Part shown: one piece after another, positions 58,192 to 64,000 of the stretch
Numbering within the stretch: the first letter of the stretch is position 1
Layout of the letters: each line of letters begins with the position of its first letter
NCBI GenBank assembly: GCA_964538485.1
Contig: CAZIHJ010000001.1
Span: 13,899 to 77,898 of the forward strand
Length of the DNA: 64,000 nucleotides
Reading direction: 5' to 3'
Source of the DNA: an uncultured Chitinophagales bacterium
GTDB lineage: Bacteria > Bacteroidota > Ignavibacteria > UBA10030 > UBA6906
Program-made: the position numbers and the translations under genes
Notes under the pieces: model-generated
Seen by the model: the letters and a program-made list of their open reading frames with translations, nothing else
Databases searched by the model: none
Told to the model about the DNA's origin: nothing

Positions 58192-60330
58192 ATGAAAACC
58201 TTTACACTCATACTGACACTTGTCTTCTCTTCGAATGTTGGACCGGATCTTCTGGCCCAGGACAACAATCAGTGTTTGACCTGTCATGGCGAGCATGCCC
58301 TTTCTATGGAGAAGAGGGGAAAGTCAATTTCCCTTTTTGTGAATCCGCCCGCATTCCAGAAGTCAGCACACGGTGATCTCGAATGCGTTGGATGTCACGA
58401 AGGACTTTCTGGCGACGAGATTCCGCATGCAAAGAAGATCAATGCGGTTGACTGCATGAGCTGCCACGACAGCCAGGGGCTTACCCACTACAAGGAGAGC
58501 GTCCACGCACTGAAGAAGGCGAATGGATCTACTGCGGCTACCTGTGCGGACTGTCATTCAAAGCACGCGATTCAGAGAATCTCTGAAAAGGATCCACATG
58601 CAAGGCAAGAATTTGGTATTGGGGTCTGCGCGACGTGTCACGGTGATCTGAAAAACAAGTTCATGGCTTCGGACCATGGTAAGGCCTTCAAGGCCGGCAC
58701 AAAAGGGGCTCCGGCTTGCATAGACTGTCATGGCGAACACGGGGTCCAGTCCGCGATGAATGACTCTTCGACCACAAACCACAAGCAAGTTGCGGCAATG
58801 TGCTTGAATTGTCATCTGGACAATCCCGACGTACGCGCGAAAGTCGGGCCGTCTGCCGGGTTTGTGTCGAGCTACGAGCAAAGCGTTCATGGCCAGGCTG
58901 TGCAACATGGGAATGATATGGCTGCAACGTGTACTGACTGCCACAGCAGTCATGAGATGCGAAAGGGTTCCGATCCCGTATCAAAGGTTGCAAAGAAAAA
59001 TATCGCATCCACATGCGGACAGTGTCACGGCGATGTTGAAGAGCAGTACAAGTACAGTGTCCACGGCAAAGCGGTTGCTGCCGGTATTGGGGCTTCAGCG
59101 ACGTGCACAGATTGCCATGGCGAGCACAACATTCTTTCTCCAAAAGACGACCGTTCACCCGTCTCTGCCAGGAACGTCTCTGTGCAGGTTTGCTCTCCCT
59201 GTCACGCATCGGTCAAACTCAACGAGAAGTACGGGCTCGCCAGTGACCGGTTCCAGAGCTTTGCCGATAGCTATCATGGGCTGGCAGGACGGGCGGGCGA
59301 TGTTGAGGTTGCCAATTGTGCCAGTTGCCATGGTGTTCACGACATCAAGCCTTCTTCGGATTCCACTTCAAGGATCCATCCAAAGAATCTTGTCAACACG
59401 TGTGGTTCATGTCATCCCGGGGCGAACGAGAATTTTGCCCAGGGTTCTGTGCACGTGATTGCGACGTCCGGCCAGGACAGGGTGCTGTATTTCGTTTCCA
59501 CCTCATACATTATCCTGATTATTGTGACGATTGGAGGGATGTTCTTCCACAATCTTCTCGACTTCATCAGGAAATCAAAAAGAAAACTCATGGAACGGCG
59601 CGGGTTGATCCATCACCGACCTGCGGAAAACCGGCTGTACCTGAGGATGTCATTAGGCGAGAGGATTCAGCACGGTACATTGCTCGTCAGTTTTACAACG
59701 CTTGTTCTTACAGGGTTTGCACTCAGGTTTCCGGATGCCTGGTGGGTAGCACCTGTGCGCGATATCAGTCCGATGATGTTTGAACTCCGAAGCCTCAGTC
59801 ACAGGATTGCCGGTGTTGTAATGGTACTCGTGAGTCTCTATCATGTCTACTATGTTCTTATTGTCCCGCGAGGCAAGCAACTCCTGCGCGATATGCTTCC
59901 CGAACGGAACGATCTTACGGATGTGATTGGCGTTTTGAAATACAATCTTGGGATGGCTGCCGTGAAACCGGGGTTCAAGCGCTTCAGCTACATTGAGAAA
60001 GCGGAGTATTGGGCGCTCATCTGGGGGACGTTCGTGATGGCCGCAACCGGATTTATCCTCTGGTTTGACAACACGTTTATAGGCCTCTTCACCAAGCTTG
60101 GATGGGACGTTGCACGGACCATTCATTACTACGAGGCCTGGCTAGCAACACTCGCAATCATCGTCTGGCATTTCTACTTCGTGATTTTCAACCCGGACAC
60201 GTATCCCCTCAACCTCGCTTTCTGGAAGGGAACGCTCACTGAGGAAGAAATGCGGGAAGAACATCCCCTGGAGTTGGATGAATTGAAGCGAGAGGAAGAA
60301 TCGGAAAAAGAAATAGGCGGGGAGAGTTAG
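58192..60330 (+). CDS. Multiheme cytochrome c (13 CXXCH) fused to C-terminal di-heme cytochrome b (FdnI/PhsC/HybB-like) membrane domain
   Basis: Trimmed to the ATG at 58192 (signal peptide MKTFTLILTLVFSSNVGPDLLAQ). Thirteen CXXCH motifs occur between residues 30 and 440. The C-terminal ~270 aa forms 4-5 TM helices with conserved His pairs (IQHGTLL...; SHRIAGVVMVLVSLYHVYYV; WHFYFVIFNP), typical of b-type cytochrome subunits of formate dehydrogenase or hydrogenase. Confidence 0.8.
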   Translation: MKTFTLILTLVFSSNVGPDLLAQDNNQCLTCHGEHALSMEKRGKSISLFVNPPAFQKSAHGDLECVGCHEGLSGDEIPHAKKINAVDCMSCHDSQGLTHYKESVHALKKANGSTAATCADCHSKHAIQRISEKDPHARQEFGIGVCATCHGDLKNKFMASDHGKAFKAGTKGAPACIDCHGEHGVQSAMNDSSTTNHKQVAAMCLNCHLDNPDVRAKVGPSAGFVSSYEQSVHGQAVQHGNDMAATCTDCHSSHEMRKGSDPVSKVAKKNIASTCGQCHGDVEEQYKYSVHGKAVAAGIGASATCTDCHGEHNILSPKDDRSPVSARNVSVQVCSPCHASVKLNEKYGLASDRFQSFADSYHGLAGRAGDVEVANCASCHGVHDIKPSSDSTSRIHPKNLVNTCGSCHPGANENFAQGSVHVIATSGQDRVLYFVSTSYIILIIVTIGGMFFHNLLDFIRKSKRKLMERRGLIHHRPAENRLYLRMSLGERIQHGTLLVSFTTLVLTGFALRFPDAWWVAPVRDISPMMFELRSLSHRIAGVVMVLVSLYHVYYVLIVPRGKQLLRDMLPERNDLTDVIGVLKYNLGMAAVKPGFKRFSYIEKAEYWALIWGTFVMAATGFILWFDNTFIGLFTKLGWDVARTIHYYEAWLATLAIIVWHFYFVIFNPDTYPLNLAFWKGTLTEEEMREEHPLELDELKREEESEKEIGGES

Positions 60331-60573
60331 AAGTGAAGGTCAACGGAAAAAAGGTAGTCCCTTTTTCATCCTTTTGGACTATTTCCAGGAACTTGGAAAG
60401 TCCCTATTGTCTTGTCATAGATGGTAGTATGGCAAATCAGTGAATGACCATTTCAATATGATACTTGTGGAGCGGGCAGTTCTTTGTTACATTAGCTGCG
60501 GTTGCTATGAGTTCCACCCGTTCTTTTCTTCGAATGCTCCAACACTAACACCAACATTTGCATAGGGAGAAAA

Positions 60574-61116
60574 ATGAGATCAACCATGCAGTTTATTGCA
60601 GTCATACTTGTTACTCTCGTCGTGGTAAGCGTAAGTGCTGCGGACAATAAGTTCACGGGCGCCAAGATGTGCGCCGCGTGCCACAAGGCAGGTAAAGGCG
60701 GAACTGCTTTTGCCGTTTGGGAGAAGAGCGCCCACGCACACGCATTTCAAACATTGCTCAGTGATGCCTCAAAGAAAATTGCAAAAGAAAAGGGTTTAAA
60801 GACGGCACCCAGTGAAAGTCCGGAGTGTTTGAAGTGTCATGTCACCGGCGGCGGTGCTGCGAAGAATATTGAGGCCTCGTTCAAGAAGGAAGAAGGCATC
60901 ACATGCGAAGCATGCCACGGGGCGGCATCCGGCTACAAGATGCTTCACAGCAAGGGTGATCTTGCAAAGTCAAAAGCGGCAGGAATGGATCCCGGGCAGA
61001 AAGATGCGAAATTCTGCGTTACCTGTCACAACGCTGAGAGTCCCTCACACAAATCAGCTTTCAAACTCGACGAGATGTGGTCGAAGATAGAACACCCACT
61101 GCCGGCAAAGAAATGA
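60574..61116 (+). CDS. Periplasmic tetraheme cytochrome c (c3-like)
   Basis: Signal peptide, then CAACH, CLKCH, CEACH and CVTCH in 180 aa. Confidence 0.8.
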   Translation: MRSTMQFIAVILVTLVVVSVSAADNKFTGAKMCAACHKAGKGGTAFAVWEKSAHAHAFQTLLSDASKKIAKEKGLKTAPSESPECLKCHVTGGGAAKNIEASFKKEEGITCEACHGAASGYKMLHSKGDLAKSKAAGMDPGQKDAKFCVTCHNAESPSHKSAFKLDEMWSKIEHPLPAKK

Positions 61117-61128
61117 CTTGATGCGTGA

Positions 61129-61158
61129 AACCCGGCCGGTTGACGTCACCCGGCCGGG
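61129..61158 (+). terminator. GC-rich perfect hairpin (CCCGGCCGG-N10-CCGGCCGGG) followed by ATTTGTTTC; probable attenuator/terminator
   Basis: 9-bp perfect stem read from the sequence, 13 nt after the cytochrome stop, with a T-rich tail. The next gene starts 16 nt later. Confidence 0.45.
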
Positions 61159-61173
61159 ATTTGTTTCATCGGT

Positions 61174-62691
61174 GTGTTTACCACGGAGTCCCACTTGAAG
61201 CGCCGATTTCCGGATGTCATCTACAATCCCATCAGCATAGTAGGCGCAGCACTCGCAAGCGTCAGCTTTGCAACCATTCTCTTTCTAACGCTGGTCGATA
61301 TTATGCAGGAGCACCCCCCCGCATACATCGGCATTATCTCCTATGTTGTCCTTCCCATACCGTTGATCATCGGTCTGGCGCTCATCCCGATTGGCATTCT
61401 GCGCGAGAAATCCCGTTTACGCAAGGGATTGCCCGCCAGCCGGATGTCATTTAGTATTGATCTGAACATTCCAAGGCAACGGACTGCGGTGACGCTCTTC
61501 GCAGGTGCAACCGTTATTTTCCTGTTATTCACGGCGTACGGAAGTTACAGGACATTTGAATGGACGGAATCAGTCGAGTTCTGCGGTGAAACTTGTCACT
61601 CAGTGATGGAACCGGAATTCACTGCATACTTGAATTCTCCTCATGCGCGGGTAAAGTGTGTGGATTGTCATGTCGGATCCGGAGCGGATTGGTACCTCAA
61701 GTCGAAGCTCAGTGGTGCGTACCAGGTGTATGCTGTTCTGGTGGATAATTATCCCCGTCCGATCCCGACGCCGATAGCGAACTTGCGTCCGGCGCAGGAA
61801 ACATGTGAACAGTGTCACTGGCCGTCTCACTTTGCAGGTGAGAAGAAGTATGTCAACACGTACTTCAAGTCCGACGAACAGAATACGCGTTGGACGATTG
61901 CCCTTTTGATGAAGACCGGTGGAGGAAGTGCCGATCGTACTCCGACGAGCGGTATTCACTGGCATATGAATATCGCCAATGAGATTACCTACGTCGCGAC
62001 GGACAGTCAGCGTCAGACGATTCCATGGGTGAAGGTTAGAAATCAATCAACGGGTGAGGAGACCGAATATCTCTCGTCGGATGCAACGGAGTCGATGGAC
62101 CATTTCAGGCAACTCCCATCCAACAGAGTAGACTGTATTGATTGTCACAACAGGCCGTCGCACATCTATCGTCCACCTGTCCGCATTGTGGATCAGAGCC
62201 TTGCACTCGGCAGAATCAGCACGGATCTTCCCAGTATTCGGGCAGCGTCCATTCAGGCGTTGACGGAACCCTACACGTCAACGAAAGCAGCGATGGACAG
62301 TATCCCGTTGTTGATGGCCGGATTTTACGCGGATCAGTATCCCGCTGTTGCGAATGAGAAGAAGGAGTTGATCAAGGCTGCTTCGGAAGAGCTTAAAACA
62401 CAATTCAGCCGGAACTTTTTCCCCGGGATGAAGGTCAACTGGAAGGCATATCCCAACAACATCGGACATATGACAGACATCGGCTGTTTTCGATGCCACG
62501 ATGGGAAGCACGTCAGCGCCACGGGCAAGACGATCTCAAAGGATTGCAATAGCTGTCATACGATTCTCTATCAGGGCAGCGATCCTGTTCCGACAACTAT
62601 GAGTATTGCTGGATTGGAATTCCAACACCCTGAAGACATTGGTGAGATCTGGAAGGAAATGAACTGCAAGGATTGTCACACCGGGCAGTGA
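61174..62691 (+). CDS. Membrane-anchored multiheme cytochrome c (7 CXXCH; NapC/NrfH-superfamily-like N-terminus with 2-3 TM helices)
   Basis: The open frame begins after a TGA at 61141; the first plausible start is GTG at 61174. Hydrophobic helices (ISIVGAALASVSFATILFLTLV; IGIISYVVLPIPLIIGLALIPIGIL; VTLFAGATVIFLLF) precede CGETCH, CVDCH, CEQCH, CIDCH, CFRCH, CNSCH and CKDCH. Confidence 0.75.
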   Translation: MFTTESHLKRRFPDVIYNPISIVGAALASVSFATILFLTLVDIMQEHPPAYIGIISYVVLPIPLIIGLALIPIGILREKSRLRKGLPASRMSFSIDLNIPRQRTAVTLFAGATVIFLLFTAYGSYRTFEWTESVEFCGETCHSVMEPEFTAYLNSPHARVKCVDCHVGSGADWYLKSKLSGAYQVYAVLVDNYPRPIPTPIANLRPAQETCEQCHWPSHFAGEKKYVNTYFKSDEQNTRWTIALLMKTGGGSADRTPTSGIHWHMNIANEITYVATDSQRQTIPWVKVRNQSTGEETEYLSSDATESMDHFRQLPSNRVDCIDCHNRPSHIYRPPVRIVDQSLALGRISTDLPSIRAASIQALTEPYTSTKAAMDSIPLLMAGFYADQYPAVANEKKELIKAASEELKTQFSRNFFPGMKVNWKAYPNNIGHMTDIGCFRCHDGKHVSATGKTISKDCNSCHTILYQGSDPVPTTMSIAGLEFQHPEDIGEIWKEMNCKDCHTGQ

Positions 62692-62885
62692 ATTAAGGAA
62701 TCTCCTGATTGCAGGTTTGATAAAAGGCAGGTGTTTCCCTTATGATTGTTGAGAATGAGCCGCATGACTGTCCGGGGAGTGTTGATTTAAGATGGATTTG
62801 GCTGATTCTCCTGGCGTTTCGTTGGCACACGGCTTGATAATATCGAGACAGCATTTTGATTATCCATCGAGAGCGAATCAAACCT

Positions 62886-64000
62886 ATGAACGCTGATACT
62901 GCATTCTCGAAGAGTTTCAAACACATTCTTCTTCTCCTTGCCCTTTCTTTTGGCTGTTCATCGCTTTCAATCGGGCAATTGGTCAACGGTCGTTTTATTA
63001 CATCGGTGTATTCCTGGAAGCAGTATGAAACCGTGGACGTGTCGAAGACATTTACTCGGGGATTTCAGTCCGTCCTCCTTGACGTTGCGCAGAACGATTT
63101 CAGCCTTCATGGCCACTTCCAGGGAGCGGTGATGCTGCAAAGCAAGCTCGATGAGCTTCCGGACTACCGGCTGTATTACGGTTATGCACAATGGAGGAAC
63201 ATCGCTGATGTCGCCGATCTCTCCTTTGGCAGGGTACCGTTCTTTGCCGGTGTGGGTTCGGGAACGATAGACGGCGCGCTGGCAAGATTCCGTGTTGCGG
63301 AGAATGCATGGCGGTTGACGTTCTACGGAGGCGCGAATACTCCTGCGGATATGACGGTGAAAAAATGGGGCCCTCTCAAGAACAACTTTACCATCGGCGG
63401 GCAGATTCTGACGACGGCTGTTGAAGACTGGCGCTTCGGTCTCAGTTACATGAACCGACAGCGTGAGAGTCCGGGCTACTGGACGCTTCGGTCCGACTCG
63501 CTGTTTACTCCATTCGCCCTCTACATTGATCCGAATCAGGCGAAGGAACAGTATGCAAGCGCCGATATCTCCTATTCCCTGAACAACATTAACCTTCGTG
63601 CTCTCTGCGATTACAACATCGACTATGAGAAGACCCAACGAGCACTTGTGAGTGCCCGCTACTATCCATCAGATGACTGGATTGTCAGTGCAGAGTACAT
63701 CCACCGGGCCCCCCGATTGATGTCGAATTCCTTCTTTGCGGTCTTCAATGCGCACACGATTGATGAGATAGAAGGTGGTGCGGATTACACGGTGTTACCT
63801 TCCGTTCGCGTGTTTGCCCGCGGAGCGTACGTGCAATATTCTGGCGATAATAGTTTTCGCTACACGGTGGGTGTAGCCAACGACTACGCTTCCGCCAGTT
63901 ACCGGGGAAGCACGGGATATGCCGGGGAACTACACTCCGTCTCATTGCAGGGATCGTATCCTCTGTGCGATCGGATGTTTATTCCGACTGCCGGTCTTTC
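62886..64000 (+). CDS. Probable outer-membrane beta-barrel protein, partial (continues past window end)
   Basis: Not in the ORF track because it has no stop within the window. ATG at 62886 gives MNADTAFSKSFKHILLLLALSFGCSSLSIGQ (signal peptide), followed by 340 aa of alternating-hydrophobicity, Tyr/Gly/Arg-rich sequence (YGYAQWRN..., TFYGGAN..., FGLSYMNRQ..., ADISYSLNN...) typical of a porin-like barrel. The opposite-strand ORF 62967..63638 is a shadow of this frame. Confidence 0.5.
   Translation, partial: MNADTAFSKSFKHILLLLALSFGCSSLSIGQLVNGRFITSVYSWKQYETVDVSKTFTRGFQSVLLDVAQNDFSLHGHFQGAVMLQSKLDELPDYRLYYGYAQWRNIADVADLSFGRVPFFAGVGSGTIDGALARFRVAENAWRLTFYGGANTPADMTVKKWGPLKNNFTIGGQILTTAVEDWRFGLSYMNRQRESPGYWTLRSDSLFTPFALYIDPNQAKEQYASADISYSLNNINLRALCDYNIDYEKTQRALVSARYYPSDDWIVSAEYIHRAPRLMSNSFFAVFNAHTIDEIEGGADYTVLPSVRVFARGAYVQYSGDNSFRYTVGVANDYASASYRGSTGYAGELHSVSLQGSYPLCDRMFIPTAGL

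Noticed and set aside
62967-63638. 223-aa minus-strand ORF in the supplied track
   Set aside because: It lies entirely inside a longer, uninterrupted plus-strand frame (62886 to window end) that has a signal peptide and beta-barrel composition. The minus ORF is an antisense shadow.
1-64000. Search for mobile elements, CRISPR repeats, tRNA/rRNA
   Set aside because: No transposase, integrase or recombinase-like ORFs. No direct-repeat arrays of 25-40 bp with regular spacers. No tRNA-like GTTCGAAT-containing cloverleaf candidates in the intergenic regions. Most intergenic spacers are under 300 bp.

Overview
This 64-kb window is a gene-dense chromosomal segment from an anaerobic bacterium of the FCB superphylum (Bacteroidota/Ignavibacteriota-like). 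That placement rests on four secreted proteins that end in the Por/type IX secretion (T9SS) C-terminal sorting motif 'NYPNPFNP..T.I', together with pyruvate:ferredoxin oxidoreductase (PFOR), an [FeFe]-hydrogenase and 2-oxoacid:ferredoxin oxidoreductases. No rRNA, tRNA, CRISPR array or transposase/integrase was recognisable. The window divides into five parts:

1. 1-8.6 kb, minus strand: T9SS cargo genes. These are a peptidyl-arginine-deiminase-like enzyme, a 1235-aa protein with a carbohydrate-binding module (CBM) and Ig-like repeats, and a nine-heme cytochrome c that carries a T9SS tail.
2. 8.8-14.8 kb: a PAS-domain histidine kinase and an NtrC-type sigma54 activator, with a sigma54-type promoter in front of a universal stress protein gene. 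They are followed by a TonB protein and several small Cys-rich or ferredoxin proteins.
3. 15-21 kb: a PLP-dependent Cys/Met-family lyase, a CoA-transferase and a four-subunit 2-oxoacid:ferredoxin oxidoreductase. Together these look like a 2-oxobutyrate/propionate fermentation module.
4. 22-27.6 kb: leuB, an HMG-CoA-lyase-like gene, a family-III CoA-transferase and archaeal-type leuC/leuD. This is a non-canonical chain-elongation/citramalate-type cluster.
5. 33-48 kb: a NuoE-like subunit, a NuoF::GltD fusion and an [FeFe]-hydrogenase gene, followed by PFOR, phosphofructokinase and malic enzyme.

The most unusual region is 50.5-64 kb. It begins with a histidine kinase that has CXXCH motifs in its periplasmic sensor, paired with a sigma54 activator. 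Next comes an operon of two membrane-anchored glycine-cleavage H-protein (GcvH)-like proteins that lack the lipoyl-lysine, plus NrfC/NrfD-like quinol-oxidoreductase subunits. Divergently transcribed from it are a 13-heme cytochrome c fused to a di-heme cytochrome b, a tetraheme cytochrome, a membrane-anchored seven-heme cytochrome and a probable outer-membrane beta-barrel. Together this is a candidate regulated periplasmic/extracellular electron-transfer system of undescribed composition.
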